Source: Planctomycetota bacterium
GTDB taxonomy: Bacteria > Planctomycetota > JAJSAM01 > JAJVHW01
Reading direction: 5' to 3'
Assembly (NCBI GenBank): GCA_965248445.1
Contig: CBDFJG010000004.1
Span: 1,975,880-2,039,879, forward strand
Length of the DNA: 64,000 nt
The notes beneath the pieces are model-generated. The model saw nothing but the letters and a program-made list of their open reading frames with translations, made no database searches and was not told the origin of the DNA. Shown here piece by piece: positions 48,738-58,043 of the stretch (positions within the stretch are counted from its first letter, which is position 1; every line of letters begins with the position of its first letter). A program made the translations under genes and the position numbers.

Positions 48738-51130
48738 TGACCGGTCACGCAGCGGCCGCGCAGCACGCAACGGCGATGTCTTCGTCACAGGCACGAGCGC
48801 GAGATGCGTTGTTCGCCGTCCTTGCGATTGCCGCCATGACCGTGCTCCGCGGGCCGAACGTCGTCGCGACTCCGTTCCTCCGCCTCTCTCACCTTGTGCT
48901 GTGCCTGATCTTGCTCCTCTGCGCAACGGCACAGGTCACCGACCTGCGCGCAGCCGTCCGAAGTAGGCGGGCATGGCTCGGCGTTGGATGCTGCCTCTCG
49001 TACGTCGCGTACTTGGGCGTGGCCGAGGATCCGTCTCCGCTGTTCTTCGTGTTTGTGTACGGCGTGGGCACGCTCGCGTTCGGATCCAGATCGACACCGC
49101 CGTTCCGATGGGCCATCGTGCAGTCCAGCGCGGTCTTGTACTGCGCTCTGGCTCTGGCGGACCAATCGGTCCTGTGGACTGCGTCGGTCTCCGATGCCAT
49201 CGCTCCCTACTGGGGAGACGGCGACGTCGCACCCGCTTCCGACGTCAGTCGCGTCGGCGTTTCCTACAGGGGCATCTGGATCGCGCTGGGTGTGGGAATT
49301 CCCCTCGCGCACGGGATCATCGTGCGCTCCGCCTCGCGTGCGCAGCGCATCGGCAGTGGAGTGGCTCTCCTGGCGCTGTTCTGGACCCTTCATCGAGTCC
49401 CTCCAACGAACGACGTACTGATCCCGTGGATCACGGCCTTGGGGCTACTGACCGCGGCACTCTTGGTTCCAGGAAACGAGCAAAGAGAGGTAAGCGGCGG
49501 AGTCCTGCACCGCGTCTCCGCGGTCGGAACGGCAACGCTCCTGGCGTCAATTGCGCTCATCGCGTTCTCACCCCCAACCGGGCAACCGGACGGCCGCATC
49601 ACGTTGGTGCGCGGCGCCTACAACACCTGGACGCCAACAGAGGAGGACCGAACTCCCCAGACCGGCGCCATGGTTGGGTACTTCCGGATGCTCCTTGAGC
49701 GGATTCCGATTGAGACATCCATCGTGGATCGCGTCGAAGACCTGCCTCTCGACACGAGCGTCGCAGTACTGGTGAATTACTTCGGATCCCTGAATGGCCA
49801 AGGAGTAGCAGACGCAGCCACCCTCGAACGACTCGAACAGTTCGTTGAGAATGGAGGCACGCTTCTCGTATTCGGAGATCACACCGACATCTCCGGGAAC
49901 ATGAGGGCGATCAATCCGCTCCTGACGAAGTACGGGATCGAGTTCATCTTTGATAGCGCGATGCCGAGAACAGAAGGGGGTTGGAACGGGGCGCTGGCAT
50001 TCGCTTCACATCCGATGTTCAACATCGTCGAGACCACTGACGAGTTCCGAGTCAGTGTCGGCGCAACGCTTCAAGTCGGCCCCCCGGCGCGGCGCCTCAT
50101 CGTCGGGCGCGCGGGATTTAGCGATTGGGGCGATCGCAGCGCCCCCAACCGGGCATTCCTCGGCGATTGGTCTCTCGGGCCGGGTGAGCGACTCGGAGAT
50201 GTGGCGCTGGCTGCATCCGCACCGTCGTCGAGCGGACGCGGCCGTATCATCGTGATTGGCGACACGTCGATGTTGCAGGAACTCTCGCTTTCGGCAAGTT
50301 GGCGATTCGTCACTTCCCTGCTCACGTGGAGCGCGACGGCGCCCGCCTCAGGTTCTCAGCGTGTTCCGGCTGGCGTGGCTCTCCTCGTGATCGGCGCGAT
50401 CGTGGTTGTCATAGGCGGTGCGCGGTCGTCGCTCTTGACCGTCACGCTGGTGCTCTTGATCCCGCTCGCGAGTATCTCGATCGCCTCGTTCGTTGCTCAC
50501 CGATCTCAAGGCGCGCTGCTGCGTCCTGTCGGCGTCGCGTGGCTACGCGGGCATCGAGGATTCGGCTCCCCGACGTACGGTTCGGGCCCCGCGAGTCTTG
50601 AGGAGTTTGGGCACGCACTGGCGTTCGCGGACTTCCTGCCACTCGTCGATCGAGACGGCGACGTGGGGACTTATGATCACGGCGATGCCGTGGTCGTGCT
50701 TCCAGGGAGCGGCCCCATGACAGTGGATGAGGCGAACGACCTGCTCCAGTTCGTCGAACGAGGCGGCACACTTCTCGTGATCGGCGGACACGAGGACCAA
50801 GAGTCTCTTTCACCGCTCCTCGATCAACTGCGCGTCGAGATCGCAGATGTTCCGCTGGGACGCTGCGTGGGCGTGCGGTTCCCGTCCGGCCCCAAGGGTG
50901 GTCAGTTCCGGCAGGCGTGGGCAATCCTCGGCGAGCAACCGGCGCACGCTGATGTGATTGCCACCATGGACCAGTTCCCTGTTGCGATGCGCTGGCGACG
51001 CGGGGCAGGCGTCGTGGCCCTGATCGCGGACGCCGACTTCCCGACCGATCGGTGCTTTGAGCGCGATGAGCAGCCAGTTTGGGAGGTCTTCGAGTTCCTC
51101 CGCGACACGCTCACCGGAGCCGATCTGTGA
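48737..51130 (+). CDS. Polytopic membrane protein with two GATase-like/DUF4350-type soluble domains
   Basis: About 8-9 N-terminal TM segments; FVENGGTLLVFGDHTD, GRGRIIVIGDTS and a second FVERGGTLLVIG domain. Confidence 0.72.
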   Translation: MTGHAAAAQHATAMSSSQARARDALFAVLAIAAMTVLRGPNVVATPFLRLSHLVLCLILLLCATAQVTDLRAAVRSRRAWLGVGCCLSYVAYLGVAEDPSPLFFVFVYGVGTLAFGSRSTPPFRWAIVQSSAVLYCALALADQSVLWTASVSDAIAPYWGDGDVAPASDVSRVGVSYRGIWIALGVGIPLAHGIIVRSASRAQRIGSGVALLALFWTLHRVPPTNDVLIPWITALGLLTAALLVPGNEQREVSGGVLHRVSAVGTATLLASIALIAFSPPTGQPDGRITLVRGAYNTWTPTEEDRTPQTGAMVGYFRMLLERIPIETSIVDRVEDLPLDTSVAVLVNYFGSLNGQGVADAATLERLEQFVENGGTLLVFGDHTDISGNMRAINPLLTKYGIEFIFDSAMPRTEGGWNGALAFASHPMFNIVETTDEFRVSVGATLQVGPPARRLIVGRAGFSDWGDRSAPNRAFLGDWSLGPGERLGDVALAASAPSSSGRGRIIVIGDTSMLQELSLSASWRFVTSLLTWSATAPASGSQRVPAGVALLVIGAIVVVIGGARSSLLTVTLVLLIPLASISIASFVAHRSQGALLRPVGVAWLRGHRGFGSPTYGSGPASLEEFGHALAFADFLPLVDRDGDVGTYDHGDAVVVLPGSGPMTVDEANDLLQFVERGGTLLVIGGHEDQESLSPLLDQLRVEIADVPLGRCVGVRFPSGPKGGQFRQAWAILGEQPAHADVIATMDQFPVAMRWRRGAGVVALIADADFPTDRCFERDEQPVWEVFEFLRDTLTGADL

Positions 51131-53691
51131 GCAGGCTGGGCTTCTGTCGCGCCTCGCTCCTCGGCCTTCCGGTCGCGCTGGTCACGCTCTCCACGTATGC
51201 ACGATCGCTCCCGCCGAGCGAGGCAATCGGACTCGGCGCAGCAATTGGGACGACCATCGCGATGTTCGCACTGTTCGGACCACGGGACGATCGAGTTACC
51301 GAAGGAAGTGTCGGGCGATTCGAGCTGGCCGGGTGCGCCTTGATCGCCGTCCTTGCGACCTACGCCGGGCTCGAGTTCGCGCGATGGGCGACTGCGGCGA
51401 CTGCCGCGCTGGCCGTCGCGGTGACAGCCAGTTTCCTCGCATCGCGCGTGCCGGTGCAACTTCGACGCGCCCTCGTGCGCGCAGGAGACGGGGCGAGATG
51501 GAGTTCGCAAGCGGTCCTCCTCAGCGGCGTTCTGTACGCCGCGTACTGGGAAGCCGAGCCGTTCCTGCAGAGTGTCGAGTTCGGCGCCCCTCTGGCATCA
51601 GCGGCCGCACGGCTGCTCGGTTGGCATGCCAGTGTCGACGGTCGGGGACTCGGACTCGCAACGGGCGAGCACAGGTCGTTCTTCGGCATCTCGCCACGAC
51701 ACGGAGAGGTATTCCCATCGCTCCTGTTCTGCGGCTACGTTGCGGTCTCGGTCGCGACGAGCCGATCGCTCGCTCTCCGCGAACGCGTGTTGCGCTGTGC
51801 CGCTGCGGTGCTCGCCGTCCTGACGTGGCGCGAGATTCTCGTGCTCGGAAAGGCCACGCTCACGTCGACGGACTCCTGGCATCTCGAGATGGCTATGAGC
51901 ACCGAGCTGTATCTGCTCGCCCAAGTGCCGGCTCTGGTCGCAATTGCTGCGCTCGAAGGGCGTCCAGCCGCCGTCTCGGCGCGGCCGGAGCCTCGGAAGC
52001 TGAGACTGACATCGTCTGCCTTCGCACTATCGGTTGCGTTGCTAGTGTTCCCACTGCTGTGGATAGACCATGGCACCCCGAAGGCCGGCCGGATCGCCAT
52101 TGACGACGCTCACAGTGACTGGGAGTGGTCCACGATCCCGCTCAACAAGACAGTCTTCGGACCGAAGACGACCTACAACTACTGGAGCATGAACGAACTA
52201 CTGGGGAGGCACTTCTCAGAGCTACACGTCAATGAAGAGGACGTGCTCGATAGCGACACGTTGAGGAGCCACGATGTCTGGATACTGAAGACTCCGACGC
52301 GCCCATACACGTCGGAAGAATTGTCTGCCATACATCAATACGTTCAGGACGGTGGCGGAGTCTGGCTCATTGGCGATCACACCGACATCTTCGGGATGAA
52401 CACGTATCTGAATCAAGTATCCGAGCGCTACTCCATCCACTTCAACACCGACGCGGTTGGACCACAAGACTGGACAGGCAGAGTGCGCCAGCTCTGGACT
52501 CCGCCTCGGAGAAGTCATCCGATTGCAGGACAGATCCAGGAGTTCCAGTGGGCCACATCGTGCAGTCTCGGCGCATCTCCGTGGACATCGGACGTGGTAA
52601 TGGCGGGTCACGCACTCAGCGCGGATGGCGTCGATTACGCCCTCAACACTGGATTTGGCGATCACATACAGGACGCGTCTGAGCCGTACGGCAGGATGCT
52701 GCAGTGTGTAGCTGTCCGGTCGGGTCGGGGGCGCGTACTCGCGTTCTCCGACAGCACCGTGTTCTCGTCCTTCTTCTTTCACATACCCGGCAAGCCAGAG
52801 CTGGCGATCGGAAGTGTCTGGTGGCTCAACCACTCGAACGGATCGGACCGGTGGCGGTACCTACTCTTCTTGCTGGGGTGCGCACTCGCGGCCACCGTGA
52901 CAACGGCTGCAATCCGACGCGACAATCAACCGACGGCCGGCGGCGTGGTCATCGGAGCGCTCACAGGGCTGAGCCTCGCGGCGGCTGCATCGATGTGGGC
53001 CGCGCGCAACCACCATCCCGAGCCTGCAGACGCGAGAGATGAGCGCGACAGGGTCGCGTTCGTCAGTTCGGATGATCGAGTCTTGCCCGCGCGCACGTCG
53101 GTCTCGCACGACGAGAGTTCCCCAGTTGTGTTCCAGACGCTGTTCGTTTGGACGCAACGCGCCGGGCTAGTCCCGGAGTTTGAGCCGCAGGTTCCCGTCG
53201 ACGCATCTCGTTTCGTCGGGTTGGTGCTCATCTCGCCGGACGGCCTTGCCGAGGAGAGCCTGGACCGCCTCGCGACATACGTTCACTCTGGTGGCAATGT
53301 GCTGGTCCTGTCGGAGAACGGCGCAGCGCTACGCACAATACTCGGGACGCTCGGAAACGCGAATTCGGACGTCGTCGAACTCTCGAACGCGGAGGGCGGC
53401 ACAGAGACCCAGTTGAGTCTGCACCGGTCAGACTCGTGGGAGACGATCTTGCTCCCCGACAGCGGACTCCGCCTCCGTGGAGTAGACGCAATTCTGACCA
53501 CGCGTGACGACGAGATCGTGCTCGGCGTAGTCCGACACGGCGCGGGGCACCTCTATCTGAGCACAACGTCGGCCGGGTTTTCGAACGCATGGTGGGGCGG
53601 GACGACAATGATCCCGACGAAGTCGCGGTACGCAGCGTACGAGCTGTACTGGGATCTGATCGACCGCTGGTCGGCCGACGCTAGCCGCTAG
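51127..53691 (+). CDS. Paralogous polytopic membrane protein with an exosortase-like TM region and two GATase-like/DUF4350-type domains
   Basis: GTGA coupling; IAIDDAHSDWEW, ILKTPT.PY, YVQDGGGVWLIGDHTD, GRGRVLAFSDST and YVHSGGNVLVL motifs. Confidence 0.72.
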   Translation: MSRLGFCRASLLGLPVALVTLSTYARSLPPSEAIGLGAAIGTTIAMFALFGPRDDRVTEGSVGRFELAGCALIAVLATYAGLEFARWATAATAALAVAVTASFLASRVPVQLRRALVRAGDGARWSSQAVLLSGVLYAAYWEAEPFLQSVEFGAPLASAAARLLGWHASVDGRGLGLATGEHRSFFGISPRHGEVFPSLLFCGYVAVSVATSRSLALRERVLRCAAAVLAVLTWREILVLGKATLTSTDSWHLEMAMSTELYLLAQVPALVAIAALEGRPAAVSARPEPRKLRLTSSAFALSVALLVFPLLWIDHGTPKAGRIAIDDAHSDWEWSTIPLNKTVFGPKTTYNYWSMNELLGRHFSELHVNEEDVLDSDTLRSHDVWILKTPTRPYTSEELSAIHQYVQDGGGVWLIGDHTDIFGMNTYLNQVSERYSIHFNTDAVGPQDWTGRVRQLWTPPRRSHPIAGQIQEFQWATSCSLGASPWTSDVVMAGHALSADGVDYALNTGFGDHIQDASEPYGRMLQCVAVRSGRGRVLAFSDSTVFSSFFFHIPGKPELAIGSVWWLNHSNGSDRWRYLLFLLGCALAATVTTAAIRRDNQPTAGGVVIGALTGLSLAAAASMWAARNHHPEPADARDERDRVAFVSSDDRVLPARTSVSHDESSPVVFQTLFVWTQRAGLVPEFEPQVPVDASRFVGLVLISPDGLAEESLDRLATYVHSGGNVLVLSENGAALRTILGTLGNANSDVVELSNAEGGTETQLSLHRSDSWETILLPDSGLRLRGVDAILTTRDDEIVLGVVRHGAGHLYLSTTSAGFSNAWWGGTTMIPTKSRYAAYELYWDLIDRWSADASR

Positions 53692-53738
53692 CAAGCGATC
53701 TCGAGCCGCGGGAATGACTCCGAGGAGACGATTCGGAA

Positions 53739-54086
53739 GTGTCGCCAGCCACGGAGGCCGTCGTCGGCGTCGCGTTCCGGTTCGTCCTTAGTTGGACGAC
53801 GCTCGTGGCCGCGATCCGGATCGTCCAGGATCGGATCGGGCTCGGAGTTCCCGAGACGCGGACGCTGTGGTGGCAGACCGCGGCGATATCGCTCGCGACA
53901 TCGCTGACCGCCGCAATTCCGGGCGTAGGAGCGGTCCTGGCGCTGATCCCGTTCTACCTTCTGGCGACACGGTGGTTCCAGCCGACACTCATGGGATGCG
54001 CCGTTCTGTGGATCGTGCAGCTAGGGCTGTCGTACGCCGTCGTGTCGTTGCTTGCTCTGGGGTACGTCGTCTACCTGGGCCTCTGA
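53739..54086 (+). CDS. Small integral membrane protein (about 4 TM)
   Basis: GAGGAG upstream; 115 aa, almost entirely hydrophobic. Confidence 0.65.
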   Translation: MSPATEAVVGVAFRFVLSWTTLVAAIRIVQDRIGLGVPETRTLWWQTAAISLATSLTAAIPGVGAVLALIPFYLLATRWFQPTLMGCAVLWIVQLGLSYAVVSLLALGYVVYLGL

Positions 54087-54098
54087 CAGGCGCGCCCT

Positions 54099-56210
54099 CT
54101 ATCGCGCGACGCGGAGTCTTGTTGTCGCGTCAGCGACTGCCAGCCTCAGTCGACTGTCGGGGATCTCAACCGTAGAGAGCCGTGCGACGAGCTCGCGCGC
54201 AACACTCGGGTCGGACGCGTGAGCCCAGCGACTGAGAGACTCGGCGATCTCTAGCTTCGAAGAGAGTGATGCACGTTCCGATGTCAGCGTGTCGACGATG
54301 GTCTGCACCAGCTCTTCAGCGCTGATCCACGTCCGGGCGCGCGACATGACCGCCAGGGTATCCAGAGCCGATGCGAGCGCCACCCCTTCGACAGGGATCT
54401 TGCATGCACTGATGACGGCCCCCACGTCGGTCGTAGTCGATGCCAATCGGAGTGCCGCGCGCGCCGCACACTCGCGCACACGAGCGTGCGAGTTTGCACT
54501 AATGAGATCGGTCAAAACTGCGAGAAGTTCAGCGCTGCCCAGTTCGCGACGCTCGGGCCCGAGCCGGTCGAGCAACCGGCGGAGTTCTTTCGACCGCGCG
54601 GAGCTCGCAGCGATCTCCTTAATGTGGACGACGAGCTCCTCGTTCGTCATCGCCATAGTCACCATCGGCTCGATCAAGAGACGATGGTCGCGGCGTATCT
54701 GACCTTCCAACTCCCGCTGCGGCCCAAATCTGCGGACCAGCTCTACGACTGAGAGCACGGGTGTCGATCCGAGGTCCGCTCCCATGCGCAACACGACAAC
54801 CTCGATCGCCGCGCGCGCGATCAAGAAGCGCGGGTTCGCGGCCGGCCAGCCCAGCGCACGGAGTTCTGCAGCAGTTCGTGCTACCGATCGCTCACCTTCT
54901 GACTCGCTGCTTTCTTGCGGTATGCGAGCGACGACGCGTAGCGATCGCGCAATCGCACTCGTCAGCATGTCAGACCACAACTCAGCGTCCGGCTCCCCAG
55001 CGTTGTCGATGCAGATACGAGCCGCCACTAGCAGTCCGGCAAGATGATCCAACCGAAAGGAGTATCCGAGGACCTCGTCGGGCGTAGGGTCGAGCGCACG
55101 TATCCGTTCTCGTGTGAGGCTGTCATTCCAGTCACGCCTCACAATCTCGCCGAGCTGGAAGTGAACGGCGGTCTCGCGTACCTGTGGCCGCGAGTCACGC
55201 ACTAGGTCGATGAGAGTCGGCTCGAGATCCACATTGCCGGTGTCGCGCCTCGCCAGCTCGTCGACAAGGAGAGTGGCACGAACGCGATCGCCCGATTCAG
55301 CGGACACGTCCGAGCTCGCTCGAACGAGCGCGAGTAGATCACTGTCATCGAGCGTCCGGAGAGTCGGTAGCCATCGTTCGCGGAGTCCTCGAAGATCCGC
55401 GGGGGTCGCGAGCGTTGCCCCATTCTCCGTCTCGAACGCCGTAGTCTCGAGTTCGCGAAGAAGAAGCGCTCGCGCTTCGTCATCCCCGTGCGCGGCGAGA
55501 AACGACAATCGAGAACGCAGCTCGACGCGCCACTGACGAGGCTTGTTCGCGCGAACGTCAGCAATCCGTCCCCAGAGCGCCGAGCGAGCTTCCGGGCTGA
55601 GATCCCCGTCAGTTCGTGCCGCATCTAGCATGGAGTGGTCATGCTTCAGAGATGTCACCGCAACGCGGTCGGCTGCGGCGTTGGATGCGTACCATTCCTT
55701 GAGTGGCTCGGACCACGGACCTCGAACGTCGTCCTCGAGAAACGTCAGCACGAAATCGGTCTCCGCCAGGGCGGACAGCGCCGCAAGCGCTACTGTGTCG
55801 ATTCGCGCGCACTCGCGGGAGCCGATTGCAGAGGGGTGATCCCGAAGCAGCTCAAGCAGAATGGGGATCATCTGTTCGCCGGTGGCCACCCACTCTTCAA
55901 CAAGTCGCTCGTAGTCCGCTTGCGTGCCACCAGCGACAGAGAGCTCGACCAGCCGATGCGCGGCGCGTCGTCGCGCTGCCTCAGCGTCCCACGGACTGGG
56001 TTCGCCGTACTGGCTGTTTTCGCCGATCTCGTCGTCCTGCGCGCTGCGTGACGCGCGGTGGCGTGGGGCGGAGTCAGCGGGAGGTCCATCAGAGTCGGTT
56101 TCCGCATGCTCAGCCAGCCTGTCATCCGGTCGCGGATGGCCTTCGCGAGTGGCCAGGATGAGAAGGCTCGCGAGAATGAGCGCCAACGCTGTGAAGATCC
56201 GAACCCTCAT
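54099..56210 (-). CDS. Hypothetical exported alpha-helical (HEAT-like) protein
   Basis: Signal MRVRIFTALALILASLLILA; HEAT-like segments L..LVRDSRPQVRETAV and ARVRECAARAAL. Confidence 0.62.
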   Translation of the reverse strand: MRVRIFTALALILASLLILATREGHPRPDDRLAEHAETDSDGPPADSAPRHRASRSAQDDEIGENSQYGEPSPWDAEAARRRAAHRLVELSVAGGTQADYERLVEEWVATGEQMIPILLELLRDHPSAIGSRECARIDTVALAALSALAETDFVLTFLEDDVRGPWSEPLKEWYASNAAADRVAVTSLKHDHSMLDAARTDGDLSPEARSALWGRIADVRANKPRQWRVELRSRLSFLAAHGDDEARALLLRELETTAFETENGATLATPADLRGLRERWLPTLRTLDDSDLLALVRASSDVSAESGDRVRATLLVDELARRDTGNVDLEPTLIDLVRDSRPQVRETAVHFQLGEIVRRDWNDSLTRERIRALDPTPDEVLGYSFRLDHLAGLLVAARICIDNAGEPDAELWSDMLTSAIARSLRVVARIPQESSESEGERSVARTAAELRALGWPAANPRFLIARAAIEVVVLRMGADLGSTPVLSVVELVRRFGPQRELEGQIRRDHRLLIEPMVTMAMTNEELVVHIKEIAASSARSKELRRLLDRLGPERRELGSAELLAVLTDLISANSHARVRECAARAALRLASTTTDVGAVISACKIPVEGVALASALDTLAVMSRARTWISAEELVQTIVDTLTSERASLSSKLEIAESLSRWAHASDPSVARELVARLSTVEIPDSRLRLAVADATTRLRVAR

Positions 56211-56290
56211 CGCGCGCACCACTCCAAACGGTCTCCGGGGTTGCCGCGCATGATCACGATGCAAGTATAGCGGCCCAGCCTGGAGTGGCC

Positions 56291-56474
56291 GAGTTATGAC
56301 CAAGAGTTGTGGCTGGGCGCCACCGGATTTCAGGCGGCGACCTTGATGCCATCCTTGAATTGGACGCCGGTGATGACGTCGGCCAGCAGCGTGGCTGCGT
56401 TGAGTTTTCTCCCGTTGCGCTGAGCTGCCAGAGCCAGCTTGAAGACCATCGCAAGACAGGCCTTCGCAGACATG
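56291..56474 (-). mobile_element. IS256-family remnant (transposase C-terminus and right end)
   Basis: LAMVFKLA..AQ...RKLN....LADVI.GV.FKDGI* and terminal ...CCACAACTCTTGGTCATAACTC. Confidence 0.75.
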
Positions 56475-56650
56475 GGTATCGGGTTGACGACCGTAGCCAC
56501 TAGATGTAGTGTCTGTGCCCTGTGGCGCGCCCCGGCTACCCTGGCAGCATCCTGGAATTCACGCGCCAGTTCGCCACCGAGCAGCAGTGCTTGGACTACG
56601 TCGTGCGCTGCCGTTGGCCCGATGGGTTTCGCTGCCGACGCCGCGGCGAG
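56475..56650 (+). mobile_element. IS1595-family remnant (left end and transposase N-terminus)
   Basis: YPGSILEF.RQFATEQQCLDY...RWPDGFRC matches the N-terminus of the transposase at 42352 (LPGTLAEF..RFSDE..C...RW...GFRC). Confidence 0.7.
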
Positions 56651-56659
56651 GAGCGGAGC

Positions 56660-58015
56660 ATGGCTGGCAAAGGACCGTCGGAGAGGGACTTGGACGATCC
56701 CGATGCGTTCCGCTCGGTGTGGGCGATCCGCGACGCCATCCACACGCGCGTTCACGCGGAGATGCTCTTCGACCTCGTAGAGAACCACCTCGGCGACGCG
56801 GCGTGGGTCGAGACGTACAACGCCGGGACGCGCCGCGTCCTCTTCCGACGCGAGGCGCCTGGCGCTGACACGTTCATCCCGTGGCCGCTCGTGTCCCTCA
56901 GTACCAAGGGCAGACACGGGGCGGTCGTCATGGTCGCCGCGCCCGAGGGCGCTCCACTGGAACCGCCGCCGCGACCTGGGCGCGTCCCGAAACTGCGGAA
57001 CCTCGGACCCGGCGAGGTCGTGATCCACGACGGACCCCAGTCAGCAACGATCACGTACGGCGATGACGGGCGCTGGAAGGAAGTGACGCGCGGCGGGCCG
57101 AAAGACACGCTCTGGGGCGTGATCGCGGCGCTGGCGAAGAAGTCGGCGAACCCGGTGGAACTCGTGGCCGAGTTCATCGCCGGTCTCGACGTGGCGCAGC
57201 ATGGCCCGGGTCGCGTCCACCTGCCGGTGCGCCTTCCCGGCGGCGTGCAAGGCGTCTGGAACTGCGGGCTCTTCGCGCTCCGCGAGGCGCTGTTCGATGG
57301 CCGCGTTCCTGGGAATGCGCGGTGGGCAGCAGCCGACGGGTGTGTGGGCAAGGCCATCGCTTGGGGCGGCTCACCTGAAGAGGCGATGGCCGCCTGGCGC
57401 ACCGAGGTCGAACGGACTCGACCGTTCCCTCCCGAGCCGGAAACTCCGCCAACCCCTCCGCCCGAGGAGAGCGCCCGGACGACATCCGACCCGGCGGCCG
57501 GGACGTTCGGCGTGTCGATGACGCTACGCGGTCCGTCCAGCGACGTCGCTATGCCGGAGCCGAGCGTTGCGAACACACCAGCCGTTCTGATCGAGCTTGG
57601 TCCGCCACCCGACTACGACCCGCCGATCGGGGTCTGGACCCGCCTCCTCGGCCGACACGGCACGACGATTCACGGAGCCCTTCGCCGAGACGAGAACGGC
57701 TTCACGCTGCTCGGGGACCGGCTGGCCGCGGTCATCGAGTCGGAGGATCTCGAAGACCTGAGGCGGCGTCTCACGGTCGCCGACATCGACCACGACTCCC
57801 GTCCGATGCCCACCTTCGAGCGCCCGCCTGGGTTCCCCGAACCGCCGACACCGACCAGCACGGTCCGCACGTACAGCGTCGTGGACGAAGACACGGGTGC
57901 TCCGACGGCCGTGACGTTCAAGTCGGGGTCAAGGGGCGTTGGGTTCCACGCGCGCAGTCTCGACGGGGATCAACTGCGGTGGTACGTGGTCCGGCAGCGA
58001 TGGCTGGGTCGCTGA
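56660..58015 (+). CDS. Hypothetical Pro-rich protein
   Basis: GAGGAG and ATG at 56660; 451 aa with no recognised motif; in frame with the IS1595 remnant. Confidence 0.55.
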   Translation: MAGKGPSERDLDDPDAFRSVWAIRDAIHTRVHAEMLFDLVENHLGDAAWVETYNAGTRRVLFRREAPGADTFIPWPLVSLSTKGRHGAVVMVAAPEGAPLEPPPRPGRVPKLRNLGPGEVVIHDGPQSATITYGDDGRWKEVTRGGPKDTLWGVIAALAKKSANPVELVAEFIAGLDVAQHGPGRVHLPVRLPGGVQGVWNCGLFALREALFDGRVPGNARWAAADGCVGKAIAWGGSPEEAMAAWRTEVERTRPFPPEPETPPTPPPEESARTTSDPAAGTFGVSMTLRGPSSDVAMPEPSVANTPAVLIELGPPPDYDPPIGVWTRLLGRHGTTIHGALRRDENGFTLLGDRLAAVIESEDLEDLRRRLTVADIDHDSRPMPTFERPPGFPEPPTPTSTVRTYSVVDEDTGAPTAVTFKSGSRGVGFHARSLDGDQLRWYVVRQRWLGR

Positions 58016-58043
58016 CCCTCGAGCGGGTTCACGGGATGGTCTG

